A stretch of DNA of 64,000 bases from an uncultured Gaiellaceae bacterium (GCA_963740105.1 CAVUCT010000013.1:6359-70358), one strand, 5' to 3'. Numbered from the stretch's first letter, positions 30,718 to 47,748 are shown. Notes: generated by a model not told the origin, from the sequence alone. Numbers and translations are program-made.

Positions 30718-32583
30718 TTAGGGATCTGCGCGAACGGAATCCGCGTTCGCGGATTCCGTTCTGCGCCAACTAGCTTCGTGGAGCGAAAGGAACGGCGTGA
30801 AGGCCGTGAGCGTGACGACGCCGAGTTGCGGAAGTCGGTCACGCTCGCACACGAGCTTGCTGGCGGCGGCCTTCTGCATGCGGATCGTCCACGCGGAGTA
30901 CGCGTCGGCGCGGCGCTCCGCACGAAGCTCACGCGTCACCGCGACTCGCGCGCGGTCCGCCGACAACGCACCGAGCGCCGTCACGTCGTCGTGCGCTTCC
31001 ACCGTGAACGTGCCTTCGGCAGTGCGAATCGTGGAGCGTCTGCCCGTGGACACTCGAAAGACGGCCGCCGGTGCCGAGGTGGCCAGGGCAACACCACGAC
31101 CCTCGGGGAGCCAGCTCGGAGCCGGCGAGACCGTCACCTCCCGGGCGAGCACCGGAGCGAACGTCGCTCGAAAGCGCGAGACGTCCGCACTGGAGATGCG
31201 CGCGAGCGAGAGCCGCTCGACGATCTCCTGCCAGCGGAGCTCGTCGCCCAGGATCGCGCGCGCGACGGCGATGCTCGCTCCAACGTCGACCAGTGCCGAG
31301 CGATACGCGACCGCGCTCCCGCCGAACCGCGCACCGACGACCCGGCGCTCGAGGGCGAGCGCATCCGACGGGGAGACTCGCGTCCGCTCTCGCTCGATCG
31401 CGCGTGCGACCAGCGCCGTCAGCGCAAACTCCCGGTCGCGCGTCAGCTGCGCGAGCGCCGCGACGCTCGCGGCCCTCAGCGGCGTCGAGCCATACATGCA
31501 GCGCGTGCCTCTCGGAAGACCGAGCTGCCCGGTCTTCGTGTCCGTATCGAGCTCGCGGCCGAGAACGGTCGGCGCGTCGCAGAGGCTCGCATCGCGAGCC
31601 CATAGCCAGGCGCAGGCGGCGTAGGTCTTGTCCGGATCGTTCGACCGCTCGTCGCGCTGTGCCCAGCCCCACGACCACACGTGCGCAAGCTCGAGCTCCT
31701 TCGCGACCTGCTTCACGGCGAGGGCGTGCCACTTCGCGACGCTGAACCAGCGTGACCTCGGCCGAAGACCCTCGCGGCCGCCTGCTCCCGGTCCGGTCTG
31801 GAAACCGATCATGATGCCGATGCGCGCGGGCGGGATCCCGAGCGCCAGCAGCTTCGCCGCAGACTGGCGATGCCGCACGCGGAGTCGACGCGAGCCGTCG
31901 ACGGCTCCTTCCCGCCAGATGAGGTTCGCGTTCGCGTAGTTCTCGAGGACGAGATCGGAGACCGCGGCCATGGACTTCCACCACGCCGCCGCGTCGCCAC
32001 CCGTGAACGGCTCGCTGGACACGAGCAGCGCCGGGCGGGCGCCGCGCTCGCGGAGTCGCGTCACGAAACGGAGAACGTTGGAGCGATAGCGCTCGGCCGT
32101 TGGCGTCAGCGGCGTCGGGAGCGATGCCCCCCAGAGCTCGTTCAGCGCGAGCAAGGGCGTCTGACAGCCCGAGACCGTGACGGCGTAGTCGAAGAGCGAG
32201 TCCGCACGTTTCTCGATGAGCGCTGGATCCGCCGGGTCGGACGGAGTGCCGACGCGCTTGCGCAGATGCATGTCCCAGTGCACGGTGCCGGCGCCCGCGG
32301 CGCGCGCTCCCGCGGCGAGATCCGGCCCACCCGTCGCAACGACTACGCCAGGCCTCGCGAAGCGTTCCTGCCAGAACGACACCGAGCCGTCGGCGAAGTC
32401 GATCCACGTCGGCCGGGTCTCGGCAAGACCGCACGAGAGCGCAGCCGGGCTCGTGCTCGGCCACGCCAGTACGGCGAGGACGGCAGCGACGACCGCGAGA
32501 AAAGCCCTGCTCACGGGATCAGAGGTAGCAGAAAGGGGCGAAGGTGCAATGAGGAGCGCTGGTGTCTCGCCGGAGTCAGGCAC
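30718..32583 (-). CDS. Hypothetical exported protein (621 aa), function unknown
   Basis: ORF 30718..32583 has an N-terminal hydrophobic signal/anchor (RAFLAVVAAVLAVLAWPSTSPAA). I recognise no confident family. The N-terminal half has weak glycoside-hydrolase-like strings (ALNELWG, VWSWGW). The C-terminal half is helical and Arg/Ala-rich. GTG start at 32583; an internal start around 32511 is possible. Confidence 0.6.
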   Translation of the reverse strand: MPDSGETPALLIAPSPLSATSDPVSRAFLAVVAAVLAVLAWPSTSPAALSCGLAETRPTWIDFADGSVSFWQERFARPGVVVATGGPDLAAGARAAGAGTVHWDMHLRKRVGTPSDPADPALIEKRADSLFDYAVTVSGCQTPLLALNELWGASLPTPLTPTAERYRSNVLRFVTRLRERGARPALLVSSEPFTGGDAAAWWKSMAAVSDLVLENYANANLIWREGAVDGSRRLRVRHRQSAAKLLALGIPPARIGIMIGFQTGPGAGGREGLRPRSRWFSVAKWHALAVKQVAKELELAHVWSWGWAQRDERSNDPDKTYAACAWLWARDASLCDAPTVLGRELDTDTKTGQLGLPRGTRCMYGSTPLRAASVAALAQLTRDREFALTALVARAIERERTRVSPSDALALERRVVGARFGGSAVAYRSALVDVGASIAVARAILGDELRWQEIVERLSLARISSADVSRFRATFAPVLAREVTVSPAPSWLPEGRGVALATSAPAAVFRVSTGRRSTIRTAEGTFTVEAHDDVTALGALSADRARVAVTRELRAERRADAYSAWTIRMQKAAASKLVCERDRLPQLGVVTLTAFTPFLSLHEASWRRTESANADSVRADP

Positions 32584-32595
32584 CGACCGGAGTCG

Positions 32596-32627
32596 CCCCT
32601 GGGCCCGGCTTCAGCCAGGCCCAGGGG
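32596..32627 (-). terminator. rpoC terminator-type hairpin (10-bp perfect stem, no U-tract)
   Basis: mRNA sense is CCCCUGGGCC-UGGCUGAAGCCG-GGCCCAGGGG, beginning 8 nt after the rpoC TAG stop. Confidence 0.55.
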
Positions 32628-32635
32628 TTGTCCTC

Positions 32636-37234
<4,599 letters not shown>

Positions 37235-37278
37235 CTAGCGCCTCGAACCTCTCTCTCTTCTGTCCGTGAACTGGTTCA

Positions 37279-40884
<3,606 letters not shown>

Positions 40885-41036
40885 GTGTGAAAGCCTCCCT
40901 TAAAAGCGTGCAGGTGTACGGGCAGGGTTAGACGAACGACCTCGGCGGAACTGAGGATAGTAGCGCACGCAGGTTGTCCTGCGCAAGACTGGGAATTCGC
41001 CTACCGGCGAACCCCCAGTCGCGCCAAATCCTTGAA

Positions 41037-41057
41037 GGCGCCCGCTTCGCGGGCGCT
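41037..41057 (-). terminator. rplL-rpoB intergenic attenuator-type hairpin
   Basis: mRNA sense is GGAGCGCCCGC-GAA-GCGGGCGCC followed by UUCAAGGAUUUGG. It lies within a 204-nt structured spacer (40885..41088) that holds two further hairpins (GACUGGG..CCCAGUC and GCGCAGG..CCUGCG). Confidence 0.5.
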
Positions 41058-41088
41058 CCTATGGTACAGACGAGCGTCTCGGTCGACG

Positions 41089-41472
41089 TTACTTCAGTTC
41101 GACGCTGGCGCCGGCTTCCTCGAGCTGGGCCTTGATGGACTCGGCCTCTTCCTTGGCCGCGCCTTCCTTGACAGCACCGGGAGCGCTGTCGACGAGGTCC
41201 TTCGCCTCCTTCAGCCCGAGGCCGGTCACCGCGCGGACGACCTTGATCACCTGGATCTTCTTGTCGCCGGTTCCGGTGAGGACGACGTCGAAGGAGTCCT
41301 TCTCCTCCTCGGCCGCAGCACCGTCCCCGCCCGCCGCCGGAGCGGCGGCGACTGCAACGGGAGCGGCGGCGGTGACGCCCCACTCCTCCTCGATCGCGTT
41401 CTTGAGCTCGACGAGCTCGAGAACCGTCATCTTGCCGAGCGAGTCGAGCACGCTCTTCACATCAGATGCCAT
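41089..41472 (-). CDS. rplL: 50S ribosomal protein L7/L12
   Basis: ORF 41089..41472: [18 protein letters not shown]...[24 protein letters not shown]. Confidence 0.97.
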   Translation of the reverse strand: MASDVKSVLDSLGKMTVLELVELKNAIEEEWGVTAAAPVAVAAAPAAGGDGAAAEEEKDSFDVVLTGTGDKKIQVIKVVRAVTGLGLKEAKDLVDSAPGAVKEGAAKEEAESIKAQLEEAGASVELK

Positions 41473-41474
41473 TC

Positions 41475-42206
41475 CTACTCCTCCTCTTGCGTTTCAGTCT
41501 CAGTGGTTGATTCGACCTCGTCGGAGTCGGAGGATTCGGCTGCCGCCGAGTCTTCCGGTGCGCTCGCTTCGACAGTCTCGACCGTCGACACGCCCGCCGC
41601 GGGCGTTGCATCGTCCGCTTCGTCGGCTGCCGGCTCTTCTGTCTGAACGGCCTCTTCCGCGACGGGAGCGACGACTTCGCCTTGCTCCTCGAGCTGCTTG
41701 ATGCGGGCGTCGATCAGCCCGTGCAGGTCGCGAAGCGGTGCGGACACGAGACCGAGAAGCTGCGTCAGCGGAGCGACGATCGCGCCGACGAGCTGCCCGC
41801 GCAGGACGTCCACCGGTGGCAATTTCGCGAGCTGGTCGACGTCCGCGCCCGTGAGCTCCTTGCCCTCGAGAATGCCGCCGCGCAAGGTGAGCACGTTCGT
41901 TTCCTTTGCGGTGGCCGCCAGAGCCTTGGCCACCGCCGCCGGGTCGCCCGACGACTCGATGAATGCGATAGCCGTCGGCCCCTCGAGCATGACGAGGAGC
42001 GACTCGGCTCCCGCCTGTTCGGCCGCACGTCGCGTCAGCGTGTTCTTCACGATCCGAAAGCGGGCGCCATGCGGCAGGAGCTGATCCCTCAGCGCCTCGA
42101 GCTGCTTGTTCGTCAGGCCGCGATAGTCGGCGACGATGAGGGTCTCGGCGGAGCCGAGCTCCGCTGCGAGCTCCTCGACGATCCGTTCCTTGTCCACTTT
42201 CAGCAC
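41475..42206 (-). CDS. rplJ: 50S ribosomal protein L10 with ~70-aa acidic C-terminal tail
   Basis: ORF 41475..42239 trimmed to GTG 42206, which lies 7 nt after AGGAGG: [41 protein letters not shown]. Confidence 0.93.
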   Translation of the reverse strand: MLKVDKERIVEELAAELGSAETLIVADYRGLTNKQLEALRDQLLPHGARFRIVKNTLTRRAAEQAGAESLLVMLEGPTAIAFIESSGDPAAVAKALAATAKETNVLTLRGGILEGKELTGADVDQLAKLPPVDVLRGQLVGAIVAPLTQLLGLVSAPLRDLHGLIDARIKQLEEQGEVVAPVAEEAVQTEEPAADEADDATPAAGVSTVETVEASAPEDSAAAESSDSDEVESTTETETQEEE

Positions 42207-42340
42207 GTCATGTCCTCCTGAACGACGAAACCCGCGCACGGCGGGCTCGGTCGAAACGCTGGACGCGCTGACGGAACCTGCCTCGGTCGGGCCTACGCTC
42301 GCGAGAGCTGCCGACGGTCTTCGGCGGGAGACGCTGGTTG
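42207..42340 (-). promoter_or_regulatory. rplJ 5' leader (candidate L10/L12 autoregulatory leader)
   Basis: A 134-nt untranslated spacer between rplA and rplJ contains hairpins such as CCGAAGACCGUCGG. Its position matches the known L10-leader location. I cannot verify the structure without a covariance model. Confidence 0.35.
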
Positions 42341-43072
42341 CTAGGCCGAGACTGTAGCTGCCTCCAGCTCCTCGGCGATATCCCGGGTGATGGTCGAGTC
42401 GACGTGGATGCCCGGGCCCATCGTCGTCGTGAGGGTGATCTGCTTGATGTAGCGGCCCTTGGACGCCGACGGCTTCGCACGGACGATCTCCTCGATGAGC
42501 GCGGCGTAGTTCTCGAGGAGCGCGCGCTCGTCGAAGCTCCGCTTGCCGATCGGAACGTGCACGTTCGCGCCGCGGTCGGTGCGGTACTCGAGCTTGCCCG
42601 CCTTCGCGTCGGACACGGCCTTGCCGATGTCCATCGTCACGGTGCCCGTCTTCGGGTTCGGCATGAGCCCGCGCGGGCCGAGCACTCGGCCGAGCTTGCC
42701 GACGACGCTCATCTGGTCCGGCGTCGCGATCGCGACGTCGAAGTCGAGGAACCCGCCCTCGATCTTGGTCGCGAGGTCAGCCGAGCCGACGACGTCCGCA
42801 CCGGCGTCCTCCGCCTCGCGCGCCTTCTCGCCTTCGGCGAAGACCGCGACGCGCACGTCCTTGCCGATCCCGTGCGGCAGCATGATCGTGCCGCGGAGCT
42901 GCTCGTCCGCGTGGCGGACGTTCAGGCCGAGCCGAAAGTGCGCTTCGACCGTCTCGTCGAACTTCGCGGCCGGCGTCTCCTTCAGCAGGCGCACGGCGGC
43001 CAGCGGCGTGTAGGCCTGCTCGCGATCGATCGAGTCGCGCGCCTCGCGATAGCGCTTGCCGTGCGCGCTCAT
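42341..43072 (-). CDS. rplA: 50S ribosomal protein L1
   Basis: ORF 42341..43072: [25 protein letters not shown]...[22 protein letters not shown]. Confidence 0.97.
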   Translation of the reverse strand: MSAHGKRYREARDSIDREQAYTPLAAVRLLKETPAAKFDETVEAHFRLGLNVRHADEQLRGTIMLPHGIGKDVRVAVFAEGEKAREAEDAGADVVGSADLATKIEGGFLDFDVAIATPDQMSVVGKLGRVLGPRGLMPNPKTGTVTMDIGKAVSDAKAGKLEYRTDRGANVHVPIGKRSFDERALLENYAALIEEIVRAKPSASKGRYIKQITLTTTMGPGIHVDSTITRDIAEELEAATVSA

Positions 43073-43491
43073 GGCGTCTCCACTCCCATCGAGCGGGCCG
43101 TGCCGGCGATCACCTTCATCGCCTCGTCGACGTCACGCGCATTCAGGTCGGGCATCTTCGCCTCCGCGATCGAACGGAGCTGAGCCTGGCTGAGCCGGCC
43201 GACCTTGGCCTTGTTGGGCTCGCCCGAGCCCGACTCGAGTCCGAGCGCCTCCTTGATGAGGACAGCGGCCGGCGGCGTCTTCGTGATGAACGTGAACGAA
43301 CGGTCCTCGAAGACGGTGATCTCGACGGGGATGATGCGACCGTTCTCGTGTGCGGTCTGCGCGTTGTAGGCCTTGCAGAATTCCATGATGTTCACGCCGT
43401 GCTGGCCCAGCGCGGGACCGACCGGCGGCGCCGGGTTGGCCTGGCCACCCGGGATCTGGAGCTTGATGAGCGTGAGTACCTTTTTTGCCAT
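43069..43491 (-). CDS. rplK: 50S ribosomal protein L11
   Basis: ORF 43069..43491: [35 protein letters not shown]. Confidence 0.97.
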   Translation of the reverse strand: MAKKVLTLIKLQIPGGQANPAPPVGPALGQHGVNIMEFCKAYNAQTAHENGRIIPVEITVFEDRSFTFITKTPPAAVLIKEALGLESGSGEPNKAKVGRLSQAQLRSIAEAKMPDLNARDVDEAMKVIAGTARSMGVETP

Positions 43492-43501
43492 ATCCGTTTC
43501 C

Positions 43502-43532
43502 TCGTAGGAGCGAAGTATCTCGCCCTACAGCG
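43502..43532 (-). repeat. Conserved intergenic hairpin motif, copy B (nusG-rplK junction)
   Basis: mRNA sense is CGCUGUAGGGCGAGAUACUUCGCUCCUACGA. The exact 18-nt block 43515..43532 equals 6757..6774, and the motif is about 90 percent identical overall to copy A. Confidence 0.7.
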
Positions 43533-43538
43533 TTGGGG

Positions 43539-44075
43539 TCAGTCGATCTTCTTCACCTGGTCGAAGCTGAGCTCGACCGGAACCTGGCGCTCGAAGATGT
43601 CCACGAGCACCTTCAATTTCTGCTGATCGGCGTTGACGTCGACGATCTCGCCGTCGAAGTCGGAGAGCGGACCCGAGGTCACCTTCACGGACTCGCCGAG
43701 CGAGAACTCGACCTGCGACTTCGCGACCTGCCCAGGCCCGGTCGGCGCGCCGTGGTGGAGGATGCGGTCGACCTCCGGCTGCGAAAGCGGGACGGGCTTC
43801 GCGCCGGCACCGACGAACCCGGTGACTCCCGGCGTCCCCTTCACGACGATCCACGCCTCGTCGGACATGTTCATGTTCACGAGGACGTAGCCCGGAAGCA
43901 CGCGCTTCTCGGTCTGCACCTTCTGGCCGTCCTTCGTCTCGATGACCTGCTCGGTCGGGACGACCACCCGGCGGAACGCCGGCTGCTGGTTCAGCGAGAC
44001 AATGCGGTGCTCGAGATTCGTCTTGACCTTGTTCTCGTGTCCCGAGTAGGTGTTGATGACGTACCAGAGAAACAT
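43539..44075 (-). CDS. nusG: Transcription termination/antitermination factor NusG
   Basis: ORF 43539..44075: WYVINTYSGHENKVKTNLE, with the KOW region GESVKVTSGPLSDFDGEIVDV. Confidence 0.95.
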   Translation of the reverse strand: MFLWYVINTYSGHENKVKTNLEHRIVSLNQQPAFRRVVVPTEQVIETKDGQKVQTEKRVLPGYVLVNMNMSDEAWIVVKGTPGVTGFVGAGAKPVPLSQPEVDRILHHGAPTGPGQVAKSQVEFSLGESVKVTSGPLSDFDGEIVDVNADQQKLKVLVDIFERQVPVELSFDQVKKID

Positions 44076-44084
44076 CAGCGGCTC

Positions 44085-44405
44085 CTAGAGAAGTACGCGG
44101 TCGACGAGGGGACGGATGACCTGGTCGAGACCCCAGAGGTAGAGGCCGACGATCGTGCACGCGATGATCACGACGACGACACCCTGGAACGTCTGGCTCC
44201 TCGTCGGCCAGTCGACCTTCCGGAGCTCGGCATAGGACTCGCGGACGAACTGCCCTCGCTGCTTCTCGGTCTTCCGACCGGTCTGCTGCTTGACGGGCTG
44301 TTGGGACGGCCGAACCTGCTGCGCGCGTGCGCGGCGTGAGGTCGACGCTCCGTCAGCGGCGGCCGCGCGAGCAGCGCGACGCTGTCTGCGGGTCTCGCGT
44401 GCCAC
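44085..44405 (-). CDS. secE: Preprotein translocase subunit SecE
   Basis: ORF 44085..44405 has a basic N-terminus, then FVRESYAELRKVDWPTRSQTFQGVVVVIIACTIVGLYLWGLD (single TM). GTG start directly abuts the rpmG stop. Confidence 0.9.
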   Translation of the reverse strand: MARETRRQRRAARAAAADGASTSRRARAQQVRPSQQPVKQQTGRKTEKQRGQFVRESYAELRKVDWPTRSQTFQGVVVVIIACTIVGLYLWGLDQVIRPLVDRVLL

Positions 44406-44567
44406 CTAGCGGGTCTCTCGATGCATCGTGTGCTGGGTGCACCAACGGCAGTACTTCTTGAACTCCACCCGGTCGGGTGAGTTCCGCTTGGACTTCTGCG
44501 TCTGGTAGTTCCGCCGCTTGCACTCGGTACAGGCGAGCGTGATCGCAACTCGTACTCCGGTGGCCAT
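44406..44567 (-). CDS. rpmG: 50S ribosomal protein L33 (Cys4 form)
   Basis: Own translation (below the ORF-track cutoff): [53 protein letters not shown]. Confidence 0.9.
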   Translation of the reverse strand: MATGVRVAITLACTECKRRNYQTQKSKRNSPDRVEFKKYCRWCTQHTMHRETR

Positions 44568-44610
44568 TCTTCTTCTCGATTCGAGGTAGGACGAAAAAGG
44601 GGTGTTCGAG

Positions 44611-44684
44611 TAGCGGCGGCAGGACTCGAACCTGCGACACGCGGATTATGATTCCGCTGCTCTAACCAACTGAGCTACGCCGCC
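44611..44684 (-). tRNA. tRNA-Met (anticodon CAU), elongator-type; Ile2 (lysidine) identity not excluded
   Basis: Manual cloverleaf: GGCGGCG-UA-GCUC-AGUUGGUUA-GAGC-A-GCGGA-AUCAUAA-UCCGC-GUGUC-GCAGG-UUCGAGU-CCUGC-CGCCGCU-A. Total 74 nt with no encoded CCA. G1-U72 is a wobble pair. There is no C1xA72 mismatch and no GGG/CCC anticodon stem, so it is not the initiator. Confidence 0.85.
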
Positions 44685-44733
44685 GCGCGCGCGAGAGCAT
44701 AGCAAGGCGTCGAGCGTTCTTTCCTCTCCATCG

Positions 44734-45366
44734 ATGCCCGCCGACGCCCACTCTACGATCGCCCCCGTGATCCGCATCCCCCCGCAGCGCGGTGGCTGGC
44801 TCGAGGTCATCTGCGGTCCGATGTTCAGTGGAAAGAGCGAGGAGATGATCCGCCGCTTGCGCCGCGCCGAGATCGCGGGCCAGCGCGTCGTGATCCTGAA
44901 GCCGCACATCGACGACCGGTACGACGCGACGGACGTCGTGAGCCATGCGGGCGCACGAATGCGTGCCGTCCCGGTCGCGTCGGCGGAGGACGTGCCCGCA
45001 CGCGCGTCGGGATTCGACGTCGTCGGGATCGACGAGGTCCAGTTCCTCGAGCATGCGATCGTCGGGCATGCGCTCGAGCTCGCGAGTAATGGCGTGAGGG
45101 TCGTCGTGGCAGGGCTCGACCAGGACTTCAGGCGGCTCCCGTTCGGACCGATGCCGGAGCTCCTGTCGCATGCCGAGTTCGTGGACAAGCTGCAAGCGGT
45201 CTGTCACCGGTGCGGTGGCCCGGCGACGACGACGCAGCGTCTCGTGGACGGACTGCCGGCGCCGTACTCGGGCGAGACGGTCGTGGTGGGGGCCGCCGAG
45301 CAGTACGAGGCTCGGTGTCGCGACTGTCACGAGGCCGGAGTAGGCGCGGCGCTCGTCGCCGCGTAG
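44734..45366 (+). CDS. tdk: Thymidine kinase
   Basis: ORF 44734..45366: LEVICGPMFSGKSEEMIRR (P-loop), GIDEVQFL, and the zinc ribbon CHRCGGPATTTQR...ARCRDCH. Confidence 0.93.
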   Translation: MPADAHSTIAPVIRIPPQRGGWLEVICGPMFSGKSEEMIRRLRRAEIAGQRVVILKPHIDDRYDATDVVSHAGARMRAVPVASAEDVPARASGFDVVGIDEVQFLEHAIVGHALELASNGVRVVVAGLDQDFRRLPFGPMPELLSHAEFVDKLQAVCHRCGGPATTTQRLVDGLPAPYSGETVVVGAAEQYEARCRDCHEAGVGAALVAA

Positions 45367-45392
45367 GGACGAGATATCTCTCCTCCCTAAGG
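45362..45392. repeat. Hairpin motif copy C between convergent tdk and znuB (candidate bidirectional terminator)
   Basis: cgtagggacGAGATATCTCtcctccctaagg has a central 10-nt perfect palindrome GAGATATCTC flanked by TAGGGA.../...TCCCTA arms. The tdk and znuB TAG stops both lie in the arms. Confidence 0.6.
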
Positions 45393-46188
45393 CCTGCCGC
45401 GGGCAAGGCTCGACGCTAGCGCGAGGAGATACGCAGCCGGCCGCCGCGAGCACGATCGTGCCTCCGGGCGGCAGATCCGCGTAGTACGAGAGGGTCAGGC
45501 CGGAGCTGGCCGCTCCGAGGCCGATCGCCATCGCCAGGACGAGGGTCGAACGCATGCTCCACGCGATCCGTGCCGCGGCGCTCACCGGGAGCACCATCAG
45601 CGCGGCGACGAAGAGGATCCCCACGACACGCATCGAGAGCGCGACGGTGACAGCCGTGAGGGTGGCGAGCGCGACGTTGAGCGTCCCGATTGGAACTCCG
45701 GCGACACGGGCGCCTTCCTCGTCGATGACGATCGCGGCGAACGCGCGATAGAGCATCGCGACGGTCACGAGCCCGACCGCGCCGAGTACCGCGATGACCG
45801 CGAGATCGCTTCGCGTCACCGTGAGGATCGAGCCGAACAGGTACTGGAAGAGGTCGACGTTCAGCGCGCCGGCCTGCGCCACGAGCACGACCCCGAGTGC
45901 GATACCGGTGTAGAAGACGATCGCGAGTGCCTGGTCGCCGGCCGTCCGACCGCGCGACCGAAGCAGCTCGATCGCGAGGCCCCCGAGCACCGCCGCGACG
46001 AGCGCCGTGAGCACGGGCGAGACATCGAGGAGGATCCCCGCCGCGACACCGGCGAACGCGACGTGGCCGATGCCGTCTCCCATCAGCGACTGCCGTCGCT
46101 GGACGAGGAAGAACCCCACCGCAGGCGCCAACACGCCGACGATCGCGCCCGCGCCGAGCGCGAGGCGCATGAACTCATTCTCGAGCAT
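45387..46188 (-). pseudogene. znuB: Zn/Mn ABC transporter permease (ZnuB/TroC family) with one +1 frameshift near the 3' end; probable sequence error
   Basis: The first ~250 codons of ORF 44662..46188 are a typical permease (LVQRRQSLMGDGIGHVAFAGVAAG...SYYADLPPGGTIVLAAA). After about 45440 the +1 frame gives the expected last TM helix and stop (AAYLLALASSLARGRP*). The listed frame instead runs 250 codons antisense through tdk and the tRNA. The span is 802 nt, i.e. 267 codons plus 1 nt. Confidence 0.8.
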
Positions 46189-46900
46189 GAACGTGTCCCG
46201 GGTCGTGCCACATGCCCGGTAGCTCGCCGGGCGAACCGTCGAAGACGATCGACCGGCGCACGAGGACGAGGCGCTCGACGTGGTGCTCCACCGCGCCGAA
46301 CTCGTGCGAGACGTACACGATCGTGACGCCGAGCTCGCGGTGGAGCGTAGCGAGGAGCTCTGCCAGCGACTCCTGCGACTCGGCGTCGACGCCGGTTGTC
46401 GGCTCGTCGAGAACGAGGAGCGACGGCTGGCCCGCGAGCGCCTTCGCGATGAACGTGCGCTGCTGCATTCCGCCTGAGAGCGTGCGCACCGGCGCGGCGG
46501 CGACCGCAGAGAGTCCGACCCGAGCGATCGCCTCCTCGACGTGCTCGCGGTCTTCCGCGTCGAGCCTGCCCAGCAGGCGCCCTGCCGCGAGGCGCCCCGC
46601 AGCGACGACCTCCCTCACGGTCACCGGCGCATCGCCTCCGAGCTGCGACCGCTGGGCGAGGTACCCGAGCGCACGGCGCCCCGAGTAGCGGTGTGCGGGT
46701 TCGCCGTACAGGATGGCGGAGCCCGTGCTCGGCCGCTCGAGCCCGAGGAGGATGCGCATGAGCGTCGTCTTCCCACCACCGTTGGGACCGGCGACCGCGA
46801 CGAACTCGCCCTCAGCGAGTGCGAGGCTCACGTCCTCGAGCACGAGCTGCCCCGGCTGATAGCCGAAGGAGATGCCGACGAGCTCGGCCGCTAGCGACAC
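46175..46900 (-). CDS. znuC: Zn/Mn ABC transporter ATP-binding protein
   Basis: ORF 46175..47242 trimmed to GTG 46900: AVAGPNGGGKTTLMRIL (Walker A), LSGGMQQR (signature), LLVLDEPTTGVD (Walker B). Confidence 0.88.
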   Translation of the reverse strand: MSLAAELVGISFGYQPGQLVLEDVSLALAEGEFVAVAGPNGGGKTTLMRILLGLERPSTGSAILYGEPAHRYSGRRALGYLAQRSQLGGDAPVTVREVVAAGRLAAGRLLGRLDAEDREHVEEAIARVGLSAVAAAPVRTLSGGMQQRTFIAKALAGQPSLLVLDEPTTGVDAESQESLAELLATLHRELGVTIVYVSHEFGAVEHHVERLVLVRRSIVFDGSPGELPGMWHDPGHVHARE

Positions 46901-47703
46901 CCGAGTGCCTCGCGCAGCGCCGCGAGGTTCGCGCGCATCACGGTGAGATAGTCCTCTCCGGCGTCCAGCCGCGCCTCGCTCAGGCCCTCGATCGGGTCGA
47001 GTGTGACGACCTCGACACCGGCCTCGCGTGCGACCGTCTCGGCGAGCCCGGCGGAAACCAGCGGCTCGGCGAAGACCGTGGTGGCGCCCGAGTCGCGGAC
47101 GTCGTCGACCAAGTCCTCGAGCTCGCGGGGTGCGGGCTCGGACTCCGGCGAGCGGCCGGCGAGGGAAAGCTGCGTGAGCCCGTAGCGCGCCGCGAGCTGG
47201 CCGAAGGCGGCGTGCGTCGTCACGATCGTGCGACGTTCGCAATCCCCGAGCCCGACTCGAAACTCCGCGTCGAGCTCCCTCAGCGCACGAATCTCGCCGC
47301 GAGCGGTGCCGCCCATTTCTTGTGCGATGCGCTCGACGGCCTCGGCAAAGCGGATCGGGTCGAGCCAGATGTGTGGATCCTCGTCGGCCCTGAGCAGGTC
47401 GAGCGACTCGCGCTCCCGCCCGTCGATCGCGTCCTCGAGCGCGGGCTGGAAGCCGCCGCCGATGTAGACGACCAGCCGGGCGTCGCGGATCGTCTCCACG
47501 TCGCTCGGCGAGAGCTCGATGTCGTGCGGCTCGGCGCCTGCCGGCGTGAGGTTGACGACCTCCGCGACGTCGTCACCTGCAACGCGCTCCGCAGCCCACG
47601 CGAGGGGATAGAAGGACGCCACCACGGTGCGCGGCGACTCGGCCGCAGGGCCTGCGCAGCCGGTCGCGAGCAGTGCCGGCAAGAGAAGAAGGTGCCAACG
47701 CAC
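46891..47703 (-). CDS. znuA: Metal ABC transporter substrate-binding lipoprotein (ZnuA/TroA family)
   Basis: ORF 46891..47703 has the lipobox LLATGC, plus VVASFYPLAW, PHDIELSP, DPHIWLDP and TTHAAFGQLA. Zinc specificity is inferred from the adjacent zur gene and operator. Confidence 0.85.
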   Translation of the reverse strand: MRWHLLLLPALLATGCAGPAAESPRTVVASFYPLAWAAERVAGDDVAEVVNLTPAGAEPHDIELSPSDVETIRDARLVVYIGGGFQPALEDAIDGRERESLDLLRADEDPHIWLDPIRFAEAVERIAQEMGGTARGEIRALRELDAEFRVGLGDCERRTIVTTHAAFGQLAARYGLTQLSLAGRSPESEPAPRELEDLVDDVRDSGATTVFAEPLVSAGLAETVAREAGVEVVTLDPIEGLSEARLDAGEDYLTVMRANLAALREALGCR

Positions 47704-47723
47704 GCGTGGGACGCTAGCACGTC

Positions 47724-47746
47724 TTTGAGAACGGGTATCATTATCA
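47724..47746. promoter_or_regulatory. Candidate Zur/Fur box in the znuA-zur divergent promoter region
   Basis: An AT-rich island sits in a GC-rich genome: TTTGAGAACGGGTATCATTATCA. It contains the imperfect 7-1-7 palindrome TGAGAAC-G-GGTATCA (TGA...TCA ends as in Zur boxes) and ATCATTATC, which resembles Fur-box half sites. Confidence 0.45.
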
Positions 47747-47748
47747 CC

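Noticed and set aside
25609-32635. Mobile element or genomic island origin of the rpoC-rpsL insertion.
   Set aside because: There is no integrase, transposase, tRNA target or terminal inverted repeats. Codon usage looks like the flanking genes. Only the short 21-nt direct repeats around one gene were found, and these are reported separately.
44611-44684. Initiator tRNA-fMet.
   Set aside because: It lacks the bacterial initiator hallmarks (C1xA72 mismatch, three consecutive G-C pairs at the bottom of the anticodon stem).
44662-46188. 508-aa ORF as an extended permease or novel fusion.
   Set aside because: Its C-terminal 250 codons run antisense across tdk and the tRNA gene. The +1 frame supplies the normal ZnuB C-terminus and stop.
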